This document shows positions 1 to 14,230 of a stretch of DNA of 64,000 nt, piece after piece; position 1 is the first letter of the stretch; every line of letters starts with the position of its first letter. Below the pieces are notes generated by a model. That model was not told the origin of the DNA, made no database searches, and saw nothing but the letters and a program-made list of their open reading frames with translations. The translations under genes and the position numbers were made by a program. The stretch is from Blastocystis sp. Blastoise (taxonomy: Eukaryota > Protista > Bigyra: Opalinata): assembly GCA_039096225.1 (NCBI GenBank), contig JBBPEB010000024.1, forward strand, positions 124,001 through 188,000, given 5' to 3'.

Positions 1-639
1 TAAAAAGAAGAGTTATTACTGTTACTACATATATATACATAATTAACTATAAACAAATTATATTATAAAATGATAATACATAATATAGTTATAGAAAGAA
101 AAAGTGATATAAAAGAATAAAATAGAAGAATAGTTGAGATAAAATTATATATACAAATAATATTACCTTTTGTGTCAATTATAAAAAATGTATTATATAT
201 ATAATAAGATAAAAAGACTATATACTTAAAAACTCATGAGAAAAATAAAAGGATAACTGATATATTACTATATATAAGTCTATAAGTTTATATTTATATA
301 ATAAGTATATATAAAAGTATATATATAATATATTTATATATACCTTAAATACATAAAAATAATGTAGTAATAGAACTAAAGACCACTATATATAGATAAT
401 TCTTCATTATTCTATTTATATATAACTTTGACTTTGATAAATAATATATATATATATATATAAAGTTTAAGAATAAACAATTGATATGAACTGATTCTAG
501 TATATATTATCAACTTCCAAAATAAAACATATATCAATTTTCTAAAGAGTATATATTTGGTAAATATATCTGTGAATATGTTATATAGAGAGAAAAATGT
601 ATAAAATAATAATATAAAAAGAATACAATAAAAGTCTAT

Positions 640-726
<87 letters not shown>

Positions 727-2140
727 TTCTTCAACTAAAGCAACATTCGTATATTTATATAACACCTATATAATATATATATGTAATTACAGTTTTACTA
801 GTTATATTTTTATATAACTAATAAAACTATAGAGACATGAATAACAGAAATATAAACAATAGGATATTATTAGTAATTATAGGTACATAATATAAATTAT
901 ATAAAAAAAATAAAAAATTATTGTACGGAAAATAGAATAATATATAAAAATAATGTGAAACAATATACTACAATAAAACAATTACTTACATATAAAAACT
1001 ATATACCTTAGATATAAAAATTGATGACCATGAAGTTTATAACATAAGGGAAACGTCACATTCTCTATATAAAAATACTAGTTAATATATAAATATATAT
1101 ATATATATATTAAGAAGTAATAGAAAATAATATGCTAATAATTAAATATATATATAATATACCTAGTCACATAATAGTATTGATGTAGAGAAGCTAATGA
1201 GTACATAGCTTAATAATACTATATATATGAATAAGAATAAAATATATCGAAAATAAATAATACATATATATATATATAAACTATAATAAAAGAATGATAA
1301 TTAATAGTCCTATATAGAAAAATAATATAATAAATTAATAAAATATTAAGAATTTATAAATAATAAAAATATATATATATATATTTGAACCATATATCAA
1401 TGTTAGAGCCTCAGTTATAACAAAAATAAATAACTACAATATACAAATTTAATTAAACAAATATATATAATTTTAATAATATAAAAATAAAAAAATATAT
1501 ACTTTTTAGCCATATTCTTCTAGTATTTTTTTTTGTATATATAACCATATCAATTTACTCCATATATCTATAGAAAAAAATAATTATTTAATATATTTAT
1601 ATACTTTTAAGGACTCGATAATTGTGCTGAAATCGAAAAGTTACAAAAATTCCAAAACAATAATCACTTGCCATTTCTATATAATTAGATACAATATAGC
1701 ATTAATAACATAAATATATACTTCTGATAAAAAAATAAAATAATAAAAATCAAAAGAAGGACCTAGACATCAATTTTCTTAGTAGATGGAGACCAATTAC
1801 TTTTTTCTTTTGAATTTCCTAAATAAATAATTAAATATACAAACAAAAAACAAAATAATATACCACTAGAACATACACCAAAGAATATTCTTAAAGAGAG
1901 AAATTCCGATCATTGCGTTTTCTTCCAATATTGTAGCCAACTCCACCGGGCTCTCTAAATCATGTTTCTAAACCTATATAAATAATGGTAAATCAAATAA
2001 GTATATACGTGAAAGAATGAATCACTAATTGGTTTATTATCTGGATTCATTTCAAGCCTAATCTATAATAATCTACCTAATAAAATATAATATAAATATA
2101 AATAATAAAATAACCTTCTAAATAAGCAAATAATCCATAT
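1..2140 (-). pseudogene. Intron-rich gene of unknown function, probably decayed, running off the left edge of the window
   Basis: A regular series of plus-strand ac|...|ct blocks (minus-strand GT-AG introns) separates more GC-rich exons, e.g. IRLEMNPDNKPISDSFFH and NVTFPLCYKLHGHQFLY. The spliced frame contains in-frame TAG/TGA. No family recognised. Confidence 0.35.
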
Positions 2141-2169
2141 AATAATATTTAAAAAATATTCTTTTTTAG

Positions 2170-3120
2170 GAGTTCATTTAAGCCGTAGCTGAATACGGTT
2201 TTCCAAAGATTTAAGTGATTCTGAAAGACTCCAAGAATAGGGACCATATCAAAGAAGACTTTTTATACCATACTTTGAATCTCTAGAAATTATTTTTAAA
2301 ACTTGTTCACTGAAACCCAAAAAAGTTTCTATAGAAGAGATTAATTCCGCTATTTAGGCTGTTTTTCCTCTGTTTCCATCCTCAGAATGGTTATTTCTTG
2401 AAAATCAAATATTGATTTATTTCATATATTTTCATTATAAGCATATAAAATGAATCTATGTATGTTTTCTAGTTATAAATATATATATTATATAGTTTAC
2501 TCTCTTCAAATATTTAATTTTATATAGTAATCAGTTGATCAATGGGTTATTTCTTGTTTATATGCTCAAAACAAACTTCATCTGGTTTCAGATCAATTCA
2601 AAAGGTCTTGGTAAACAATACTGATGAATCTAAGGTATATAGATATTTTTCATTTTTCTCATTTTGTTTATTTTTTGCTATATCTATTTCTTGTCTATGC
2701 TATTAATACATCACTATCATTCTAATAGCATCCCTATCTTTTTTTAATTTTATATTATACTTTTTATAATTGAATTAGCTCCTATTTTTCTATCTTGTTG
2801 TTTTTCTAATATGTTTATACTTTAATTAATTTTATTAATTTATTCTACGTATTTATTTATAGAATCTTAGCGTATTTAAGCACAACTTGGGAATCAGATT
2901 GCGATGATTCAAGTCTTTATTAAGGTATATATGTATTTAATAATATAGTTAGTTTGTTTTAACTGACTATTAATAATATATATGTTATTTTTTTCTTTAT
3001 ATTATAATTATTAATATTCTATTTTTATAATATTATATATTCTTTAGACCTAGTGGTATTTTTATTGTTTCTTCTATAAAACAAAAAATTGATTACAAAT
3101 ATTATTAGTCTATTAGGAAA
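2170..3120 (+). pseudogene. Decayed multi-exon coding remnant, unknown product
   Basis: Exon-like blocks flanked by ttag| and |gtat, e.g. RFSKDLSDSERLQE*GPYQRRLFIPYFESLEIIFKTCSLKPKK, with several in-frame stops. Confidence 0.25.
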
Positions 3121-3169
3121 GTTGCAATTTATTATTCTTTTATTTATTAAATTTTTTGGTTTACAAAAT

Positions 3170-6100
3170 TTCATTCTTCATTCTTCATTCTTCATTCTTC
3201 ATTCTTCATTCTTCATTCTTCATTCTAATACACTTCTTACTACATCTTTTTCTTCTTTTTTGTATAGATATTAATTTTTCTTTATTTGTTTTCATAACTA
3301 TTACCTCTTCACGAATTCTACTATTATATTTTATTATTATACTTCTAATTATCCTTTCCTTTTCATTCTTCTTCTTCTTCTTCTTATCCTTCTTCTTATC
3401 CTTTCATTCTTATTCTTATTCTTCTTACTTTACGTCTACTACTTATTCTTCTTCACCTGTACATCTTATTCTACTTCTCCTTATTCTCCTTCTTCACTTA
3501 TGTTTCCTTTCTTTTTTTTTCTCCTTGTAAATTTACTTCTCCTTGTTATTGTCATCTTCTTTTTATTATTCTTAGATATATTTCTCTTATTCTTATTTTT
3601 CTTCTCCTTCTTCAACTTCTTCAACTTCTTCTTTTTCATATATTGTTGTTACTTCTTTTTTTACTTCTTTTTTTACTTCTTATTTTACTTAATATTTTGT
3701 TTCTTATTTAGTTTTTCCATATATCTCACTTTCTCCTTCTTATTCCACGTCTCCTTATTTTTTAATTTCTCTTTCTTATTTTTATTACTATCCTCGTGCT
3801 ACTTCTCGCTTTCCTTCATATGCGACTTTCTCATTCTCCTTTCCCTTCATCATACTATTCATATTTTCATTCTGCTTATCTAGTTACTTTTACTTATTTT
3901 TTTTATTGTAATTTCTATTTTACTTCTCATTCCTATTTTCCTTCTTTTAATTGATATTATTCTTTAATTATTATTATTTTTACGCTTATTCTCGTTCTGC
4001 TTCGCCTTCTACTTATTCTTGTCTCCTGTTAATTCTTCTTCTACTTCAGCATTTCATTCTTAATTTCCTTCTTATTCTAATTCTACTTCTTATTTCTGGT
4101 GTTATTCCTTTGTTTTCATTTCATAAGCCTTAGTGTCTACTTTCCATTTCTCTTTACTATTCACTCAACTTTTACTACTTCTTCATCTTCCACATTTTAT
4201 TCTTATTCACCTTATTTTTACACTCTTATTCTACTTCTATTTCTGCTTGTATTTCTACTTCATTTTTTATTCTTATTCTTATTCATGATATCTTTCTCTT
4301 CTTATTCATGATATCTTTCTCTTCTTATTCATGATATCTTTCTCTTCTTACTTTACTTATACTTCCTAATCATTTCTCTTCTTATTCTACTTCTATTTCT
4401 TGTTCTACAATCTTATTATCATTATCTTTATACTATTCTGCTTCTAGTTAGCCTTAACTTTTTTTCATTCTTCTCCTCCTCCTTTTGTATCTTCTTTTTC
4501 TTATTATTATTATTAGTATTGTCCTTCCATTTCTCATTCTTTTTATTCACTTCTGCTTATCATACTCCTTATTCGTATTCTTCATTTTCTTATTATTTAT
4601 TCTAATTCTTCATCTTATCACTTTCCTTCTTCTTCCTTCTTTTCTTATACTTTTCTATCTTCAATTTATTCTATTATTCTTATTTTCATTCTTATTAAAC
4701 TTATTTTTTATTTCTCCTTCTACTTATTATTATTCTCCTTTATATCTTCTTTCTTCTCCTTCTATTTTCATTTCTCCTTTTTATTCTTCTTATTCCTATT
4801 CTTATTCACTTCATTCTTATTTTTATTGTACTCCTTCCACTTCTAAACTTTCTCTCCTTAATATTCTTCTTTTTATTCTACTATTTATCTCATTTTCCTT
4901 CTACTAACACTTCATATTGTCATCTTTCTTATTTTATTCTTATTCTCATTATACTTATACATATGGTTCTACTCATACTTATTGTTCTCCTTCTACTTCA
5001 TTTATACTTTTACATCTATTCATACTTCTCTTATGGTTCTACTACTACTCTCTTAGTCATATTCTTATTCTTATTGTTCTCCAAATTCTTCTTTTACTTG
5101 TATCTACTTTCTTGTCTAGTTCTCCTTACTCTGCTGGTATACTTCTCACTTTTTATTTATATATATTCTTCTACTTTTGCGTATTCTATTTTCACCAAAT
5201 TCTTCTCACTATCCTTCTATATCTTATTCTAATTCTTACTTTTTCTCCTATTATCTTTCTTTTTTAAACTTCTACTTTTCCTTCTCTTTGTTCTAGTTCT
5301 AGCTTTGGTTCTTCTTCTTCTTCTTCTTCTTCTACTTTTTATCTTCTTCTTATTCCCTATCTTCTCATTCTTTTATATCATCTTTTTTCTCTATATTTTC
5401 TTTTTCTTCTTCTTATTTGTATCGTCATTCTATTTCTTATTCTCATTCCTCTCTTTTTCCTACTATTCTCATCCTATTTCTTCTTTTTCAAATTCTCTGT
5501 CATGTATTCTCAGTTTAAGTCTACTCATTTTCCTTCTGCTTCTCCTTTTTTCATATACTTATTATTTTACATCAAATTCTTCTTTTCCTTTTGTTTCTCC
5601 TTATGTGGTTTATTATTATTCTCCAACATGTTTTTCTTCAACATCATCATCTCCTTTTGCTTCTACTTCTTCTCTTCATTTTCCTTTCTCTTCGTTGTAC
5701 TTCTACTTATCCTTTTTATTCTTATTCCTATTATCTTTCATATTTTCCTTTTTCTTCTCATTCTCACTCTCTTTTTGATATTCTCCTTCTCCTTCTATTT
5801 CTTATTATCGTTCTATTTATATTAGTTCTTGTTCTTCTTATTTTACTTCTCATTCTCTTTCTAATTATATAGTCTCTCTTCCTTTTCTTTATTCTTCTCC
5901 TTCTTTTCACGTTTTTACATCATTATTATTATTTTCATTCCTTTTTTATTCTGTTCTTATTCTATTCCTTATACTTCGTCTTCTTCAGTTTTTTTTCATT
6001 CATTACTTTATTCTTCTATTTCTACTTGTACTTATACTTTTTGTTTACTTGTACTTATATTATTACTTACTTTCATTCTTATTCCAATTTCTACTACTAC

Positions 6101-7840
6101 TACTAGTTCTATTACTACTTGTTATTATTCTTATTCCTATTTCTTTCTACTAGTATTTATTCTTATTCTAATTCTACTTATCATTGTACTCGTGCTTCTA
6201 TTCTTACTTTTATTTATACATGCACGTCTACTTCTACTTTCTTTTCTACTTCTAGTTCTACTTATACTTTCTAGTTTTCCTTCTTCTTCTTCTTCTTGTT
6301 CTTTACTTCTACTACCACTACTTATGACTATTTCTCCTTCTACGTTCACTTCTCCTTTTACATGTACTCGTACTACTATTAATTCTTATTCTTCAATTTG
6401 AACTTCTACTCTTTTTCGTCTACTTTTTATTTTAGTTCTATTATAATTCGATTTCTTCTACTTCTACTTATTCTTCTACTTCTAGTACTTCTTGTTTATC
6501 AACTTATATTCATCATTTTACATCTACTTATACTAGTATAACTTCTTTTTATTATTATTTATATTAGACTCTTTTAATTCTACTCCTTATTCCTATTATA
6601 TTTTTCTTCTATTTCTTCTATTTCTTCTTCTATTTGTACTTATAATTATACTTCATCTATTCTTATTCATATTCTCTTTCTCATTCTTCTATTTATATTT
6701 ATAATTATACTTCATCTATTCGCCTTTTCTTTTTCCTATTTTACTTATACTTTGTTTCTTCTATTTATACATACATAATTGTGCTTCTCCTTCTGCTTCT
6801 AAGTCTAAGTCTAAGTCTATTTACACTACTACTACTTCTACTACTTCTAGTACTTTCTCAGTCAGTTTTTATTCCATTCTTATTCTTATTCTTATTCTTA
6901 TTCTATTCTTATTCTTGTTTTTTCCAGATTCTTCTTTTTTTGCCTTTCTTCTACAGGCTTGTCTATTTCTCATTATTCTACTTGTATGCTTCTCATTTTT
7001 TATTCTTCATATTCTTCTAATTTAACGTATTCTGTTTTATTCTAAATTCGTCTCATTTTGCTTCAATTTTTCTTCTACATCTTATTTATATATTCCTATT
7101 TTCTTACTTATTTTCATTCTACTTTTCATTTCCCTTTATTCTGTTTCTCGATCTACTTCTTCTTCTACTTTATCTTCTTCTTCTCCTTATTCACTATCTT
7201 CTGCTTCTTCTATATCATTTTTTACTCTATATTTTGTCTTCCTCAGTATTCTTTTTATTTGTAGTATCTTTCTTTTTATTTTTGTGATTCCTCTTCTTGT
7301 TCTTATTCTTCTTATTATATTTCTTCTTTTTCAAATTCTTCCTCTCCTCATTTTCATTTAGTTCTTCTTGTTTTCCTTCTGCTTCTTTTTATTTTTGTTA
7401 TTCTTATTTTACTTCACACTCTCGTTTTCCTTCTATTTCTTTTATCTTTCTTATTATCATCCTTTCTATTTTTCTTCAACCTTAGCTTCTCCTTCTGCTT
7501 CTACTCCTTATCTCCATTTTCTTTATACTCCTCCTTATACTTCTACTTATTCTTCTTATTCTCATTCCTATTATCTTTCATGCTTTCCTTTTTCTTATCA
7601 TTTTCAATCTCTTTATTCTATTTCTCATTATTTTTCTTTTTCTTTTTCTTCTATCCATACTTATTAAAGTTTGTTTTTTATTATTCTTTTACTTCTCGTT
7701 CTATTTCTCAATATTTTACTTCTTTTTACTTTTCTTTATTCATCTCATTTCCTCTTCCTCCTTATTCTTCTGTTTCTTCTTTTTTACTACTTCTCCTTAC
7801 TATTATTATTATTATTCTTATATTTACCTTCTTTTCCTTA

Positions 7841-7873
<33 letters not shown>

Positions 7874-9520
7874 TATTTACCTTCTTTTCCTTATACTTCT
7901 TCTACTTCAGCTTCTTTCCTTCTTTCCTTTATTCTTCTATTTATACTTGTTCTTCTACTCATATTTCTACTACTACTACTTACTGTTATTTTTTTCTTCC
8001 ATTTCGACTTCTACACTATTACTAATACTACTTCTCATTCTTCTACTTATATTTCTACTTATATTTCTATTCTACTTCGCTTGTACTCCAACTTCAACTC
8101 TTACTCCTACTTTTGCTTCTACTACTTTTTTATGCTTCTACATCCATTTCTATTACAACTACTTCTTGTTCTTCTTTTTCTATTTCTCTTTCTTCTTCTT
8201 TTTTTTTCATTTTCATTCCATTATTGCTATTCTTCTATTTCTTCTTCTTATTCTCATTCACATTCGTATTATTAGTATTATTTTTTCTTCTTCTACTTCT
8301 TTCATTCTTGTTTCTTCTATTTCATTTCTATATTCTATTTCTCATTCTTCTTCTTCTCTTTCTCATTTTCTTCTTCTTCTTCTTCTTCTTCTACTGATTC
8401 TCATTTTCCTTTTCCATCTATTTCTACCTATTTCTACTTCTGTTTCTACTACCATACTTTTATTTCTTCTTCTTTCTCATTTTATCTCAACTTATTCGTC
8501 TACTTCTCTATCTCCTTTTCAATATTCTTCTTCTCATACTTTTTCTTCTATTGATTCTTTTACTTTTACTTTTACCTTATTCTTGTCCTTATTCTCTTTC
8601 TCCTTTTTCTCTTTTCTTTTCCTTCTTCTACTTCTATAATTTCTTTCTTCTCCCCCTTTTCTTTGTGGTTCTTCTCTTTCTCTTTCTTCTTCTACTTTTT
8701 CTTCTTATAATTTTATTTTTTCATCTTCTTCTCCTTCCTCCTTCTCCTTCTTTTGATTCCTCCTTTTCCTTCTTCTCCTTCTTCTTAATCTTTCTTCTTC
8801 TCCTTCTTCTATAATTTTTCTTCTTCTCCTCCTTCTATAATTTGTCTTCTTCTCCTTTTTCCTTTTGCCATTCTTGTCATTCTTGTTTTTTTTTGTCATT
8901 CTCCTTCCTATTCTTTTTCTTCTCATTCTTCTCCTCCTTCTCTTTCTTCTTCTGTTTATTTTTTCCTTCTTCTCTTTCTCGTTCTTTCTTTCTTATTCTC
9001 CTTCTCTTTGTCATTCTTATCCTTCTTATCCTTCTCCTTCTTATTCATATTTTGATCCTCTCCTTCTATTCTCTTTTTAGTTTCTTCTTTTTCCATTTTT
9101 ATTCACATGCTTTTTCTTCTACTCCCACATATGCTTCTCTTTCTCCGTCTTCTTCGTATTATTATTCTTATGCTTCTACTTCTAATCATTCTCATTCTAC
9201 TTATCCTTACCTTCTATTGATGTTTTCCTTATTATGTTTATTCTTGGTTTATTCTTATTTTCCTTCTTGTTCTCCTTCTCCTTCTCCTTCTTTTTCTTTT
9301 ATTTCTGCCATTCTCTTTTTTTATCGTTCTTCTTGTCATTTCTTTCTCCTATCCTTATCCTTATCTTTGTCCTTTTTATCCTTCTCCTTCTACTTCTTCT
9401 TCTTATCCTTATCCTTATCCTTCTTCTTATCTTTATCCTATCCTTCTTCTTCTGCTCCTTGTCCTTGTCCTTGTCCTTCTCCTTCTCCTTCTTATTCTTG
9501 TCCTCTTTCATTTATTTGCA
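3170..9520. repeat. ~6.3-kb pyrimidine-rich cryptically simple tract (TTC/TTA/CTA/CTC triplet-hexamer mosaic)
   Basis: The plus strand is nearly all T/C/A with very little G. It opens with (TTCATTC)n and contains (TTC)n, (TCCTTA)n, (TCCTTG)n runs. The F/L/S/Y-rich ORFs in all plus frames are compositional artefacts. Confidence 0.9.
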
Positions 9521-9813
9521 TATGCAATAATTTGTAATACATATTACTCTAGCTGGTTTCATTTTGGATTTATATCCGTTGATGAGTATTCTTTTTTATT
9601 AGTCTTAGTCTCTTTAATATGAATATCTGCAATATCAACGACATATATGATATTATATTTGAATCAATAACAAAACAATGATCTTATAAATAAGAAGACA
9701 TTTATATTAAATATGATTAATTAAAAATATTTTATATTATTAGGAATGTAAAAAAATTAATATGTATTATAGATTATAATAAGTATATACATAGACTTAT
9801 CATTTAAAAAATA

Positions 9814-12085
9814 CTACTTTCTTCTCTTCGAACTATATTCTGATGATTCTACATCTTCAAGTGTAGGAATTGAGGCAATATCAGTTTCTTCATATTTCTC
9901 TTTTTCAGCTTCAACTGCACACTCATTCAAACACTCCAAAGCTGGAATACTGTTCTTTATTTTCCAATACTTATTTTTCAGATAATAAGATGTTATATGA
10001 GAATAGTTAAACTTAGATGGTCGACCTGATTTACGAATTGGATTATTTGGTCCTGTAATATTTATGTGACTTTCTTCTTTCAAGCATGAATCATCTATTC
10101 TTCTATATATAACAAAAAAAAATATTTATATAATATGTATTATATATATCATTACCTATCTACATAATAATTATAATAAGTATTCATATGGTTCTTATAT
10201 GGAATGAAGTATTTGGCAATAGTATTGAAATCGTCAATTCCTTGTTGATTATACGAAACACTGCTATTATACTTTTTATATAGAAGAATAGCATGTATAC
10301 AAGGATAACCTTGGTATTGAAAAATTGAACAAGAACATGTATTCTGTTCAAAATTAATTATGTATTCACGGTTTTCTTCTTCCATTACTAGTCTATATAA
10401 ACCCTTATTTATACTCTTATATGATATCACATTAGAAACAAATATATCAGCCATATCAAACTCTTTTTGAAAGTAAGGAAGAAAGAATGATATATGAGGT
10501 GCCTCTTTTATTTTCAGTTGATAATTAATTGCATGATTATAGATTTCAAACAATACCTTCTGTATAGACATTCCTCTTATGTCACTAATAAGATTATTAA
10601 ATGACTCGGCCAAACTTGAGGCAATGTATCCATATCTGGATACATGAGGTGGTAGATCTATATTATACATATTCTTTCCCCTTTGTGAGAGTATTTGCTT
10701 CTTCTGGTTCTCTGTTATTGAAGAATCATTAATAAGCTTATAGAATTCTTCTTCATCATCAATTAGAATGAGTTGTGATATTAGTCCTATTATTCTTGAA
10801 TTCACATTTGTCATCTTCTTTAGAATATGAAATGCACATGATATATATGTGCATTCAGGAAAGACTACTCCTAGGCTTCCTTTGAGACCTTTGTCCATAT
10901 CTGAGAAAAATGTTATGTTTGTAGTTTTACATGACATGAGTTCAAGTGCTTTTTTCAGATTAGTTTGGAAATCACTCCAGGTAGCTAAACACTCTACAGC
11001 ATATATACCATAAGCAAGAAGAAGTATTTGTCTATTAATAGTAATGGATATAGCAGTTAATATGATATGATCATTCATATACATATGAGTTCCATCCATA
11101 AAGATTACTGCTTTATTTCCCTTCTTATATAATGCTATATTTGATTTAATAGATACAAAAGAATATAGAAACTCATGACTTATTACTTTATTATTCCCTA
11201 CTGCTTTGTTTAATTCTCTATCCATGTTTATTTCTTCATGTATATTCATATTGGAATTATTTCCACTACAAACTGAATCATTTTCAGAATAATTCAGAAC
11301 ACTATCTTCCAAGTTTACTCTGAAAGTTTCATCTTGTTCTAAATGATTATCTACTATATTCTCATCTATATTAGATTGAATATAAGAAGAAGAAGGATAA
11401 GCATTAATATTCTTATATGTATATCCTGGAGGGAGGCAACCATATATAGCATAATTTTCTTTGCTTATTATACTTTTTATAATACATGGTATTTTACTAT
11501 AGTCATTAGTTGACTTAATACCTAATTCTCTTAAGGCGTTTCTTGCTATTTCATATGAAACACTGATATTCTTCTTCTCCAGGAATTGTTTTAACTGAGA
11601 TATTGATTTGAAATACTTGGCTAGATTATTTTCCTTTAAATAACTCACAACATCATTTGAGCTTATATCTTGATTGTATTTATGTGACTTATATTGAATA
11701 AATATACATTTATCAGAAATATCTTTAAATATATTATTAAATCTATCTTCTGTAATTCCTTCATTTTGTTCTTCATAAGAAAACACATTATCTATTGATG
11801 TATCTTCAATATTCAATTCTATATCAATTGTTCTACTTTCTTCATCTTCATGATTATTATCCTTTGATTTATTTATATCTTCTATGACCATTTCAGAATT
11901 TTTACTAGATATGAATGGATCTTCTAAGATAGGAAGAGTTTGGGTATTTGTAGGATTAGAATTAGCATCTGAGCTCCGAGAATTGTGTGTAAAATTGATA
12001 GTTTCATGTATCTCAGCTTCATCTTCATGATTTTGATCATTACTATTACTAGCATCTTTTGATAGAATCATTGGATTAAGACTTA

Positions 12086-12144
<59 letters not shown>

Positions 12145-13168
12145 TTCTTTGCTTCTTTCTATGCATCTCTCTCTATCTCTTCCATCTCTTACTCTCTCAA
12201 TATATATATATATATTAGATATTTTTTTCTATCGCTTTCTCTCTCTCTCTCTATATATATATATCTGTCGTTCTCTCTTTATATATTCATAAATGTTTCT
12301 TTCTTTCATTCTTACTATATATATAATAGAATTTTTCTTTCTTTCTTTCTCTCTGTATATATTATATAATCTTCCTTTCTCTATATATATAGGTGGATAT
12401 TTCTTCTATTACTCTCATACATTGAATTAATATATAACACTTTTCACATACATATACTACTGTATTTCATTTTTTTCTCTCTATATATTTATTTTCCTCT
12501 TTTTCCTTCTTTATTCAATGTATAGATTTCTCTCTCACAATTTATATATTGATATATATATATACCTTATATTAAATTGATGATTTTTAATTCGATTTTT
12601 TATCACTGTATATAATAGAATATTATATACATTATATATTATATTTATATTTAGTTACTTGTCTTAATAATTTGATAATCTATTTTATTTTGTTTGTTAA
12701 GCTTAATGTAAATCATATTAAAACGATTGCATTTCTATATTAATAATAAGTATAAACTATAATAATTAATTAAATAACATACAGTTGAGTCATGATGACA
12801 GTATCTTTTCATTATCCATCCAGAAACGTCGTCACCTTGGAAATGAAGCATAAACGGGCAATCGGAAACACAACATTTGTAAATAATTCTTCCTTTTTCT
12901 GATTTTTGAACCTTAATTGGATATCCTAGCTTTTGCATTTGAATTGAGACATCACTTTTGAGTTTAGACTTATTTTCGTACATAATTTGTACTCCATATG
13001 TTTCTTCATTTTCAAATTTCTTAATTTCTTCACTATTTTTGAAGTCACTGTAATCAACCTTATTCATACAAAAACGATTTTCCACATCTTCTTGTGGCTG
13101 ACTTGAATCAATTGTCTAATTATTAAAAAATAATAATGAAAATGTGTTTTTCGTCTATATACAGACAT
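9814..13168 (-). CDS. Mutator/MULE transposase, 6 exons, apparently intact (~890 aa)
   Basis: Exons 13163-13168, 12783-13115, 12659-12734, ~12567-12605, 10156-12090 and 9814-10102 join in frame through GT-AG introns. Domains seen: N-terminal MuDR/FAR1-type CCHH finger (YKCCVSDCPF...HHD), MULE DDE core (FMDGTH, FFSDMDKGL, CAFH, AESFN), SWIM finger (CSCSIFQYQGYPCIH) and an AT-hook-like KSGRPSK near the C-terminus. Confidence 0.9.
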
Positions 13169-13682
13169 AGTTGCCGACAATTTGTAGTAATTAACTTTTT
13201 AGTCGTGTAGATATAGTGAAAAATAAATAAATGTATTTTTTGGTGATTTATAACTGCAAATATTATTTTTATAGAGGAAAATCACCAAAAAATCAGGAAA
13301 ATTAGCATTGTTGTTTTCTAAATGCTTTATTTGAGAGCAGTACTATATATTATTACATTATAAATGACTCCAGTCAATTGATAAAAGTATCTGAAATATT
13401 TATATTATATTTAGTTTAAAAATTCTAGCAATTATATAAAATATGTAAAATGAAATGCTGGTTTTAACTTAGATAGTTATTTTTCTTCATTATTATGAGA
13501 ATTTATTAAATTTTTTTAATGTCTTACATAGTATAAGCTTCACTTGTGAAATATAATAAATCAAATATAAAAATATTCTGGAGTTTTTTTTCTAATTCTA
13601 ACAAAATAAAGAAAAAGAATTTTAATTGGTTATTAAGAAATTTGTGTTTTCAAAGTACCAATCGTTTAGAGTCTTGAAAAAG

Positions 13683-13827
13683 TTTTGGGTATTTCTAACA
13701 ATTTTGTAAAATTTTTGGGTATTTTAACAAAAATTTTGAATATTTTTGGGTATTTCTAACAATTCGTTTTTTTTTTGGGTAGGTTAAAATAATTATGGTA
13801 TTTTTTGGGTATTTCTAACAATGCCTC
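13683..13827 (-). mobile_element. Probable 5' terminus (TIR region) of the MULE, with subterminal repeats
   Basis: Five spaced copies of TTTGGGTA(TTTCTAACAA) end at GCCTC, so the minus strand begins GAGGCATTGTTAGAAATACCC, ~650 bp upstream of the transposase ATG. No matching opposite end was found. Confidence 0.5.
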
Positions 13828-14230
13828 ATGTATAATACGTATGATAGTGGAGAAGAACAGCAAACTCATCTTATTAAAGCATTAAACTATATTTAAATTG
13901 GTCCTTTTATATGAGTGAAAAACTCCAGACAATAACTTGACTATTTTTCAACTCCAGACAACAAAATAAAAAGCAATCGTAATTAACGTGGAAAAGATGA
14001 CATTTTGACAGAATATTTAAAATAAGATTTAAAATATTTTAAATAAAGACTGACTATTTTATTATATATATAAACAAACGTTATATAAGCTTCATATATA
14101 GACATAATGTTAAAAAAATACGAATACATGTTTAAAGAACAAGATTTCTTTAATATTTTCTCAACATTAGGTCGCATTATATATTGTAAATATCATTTAT
14201 ACACATTAGTTAATTTAAAAACACTTATAG

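Noticed and set aside
3089-9537. Dozens of long F/L/S/Y-rich ORFs (up to 322 aa) and short R/K/E-rich minus-strand ORFs
   Set aside because: They overlap in all frames and follow from a G-poor simple-sequence tract that rarely forms stop codons. No domain motifs.
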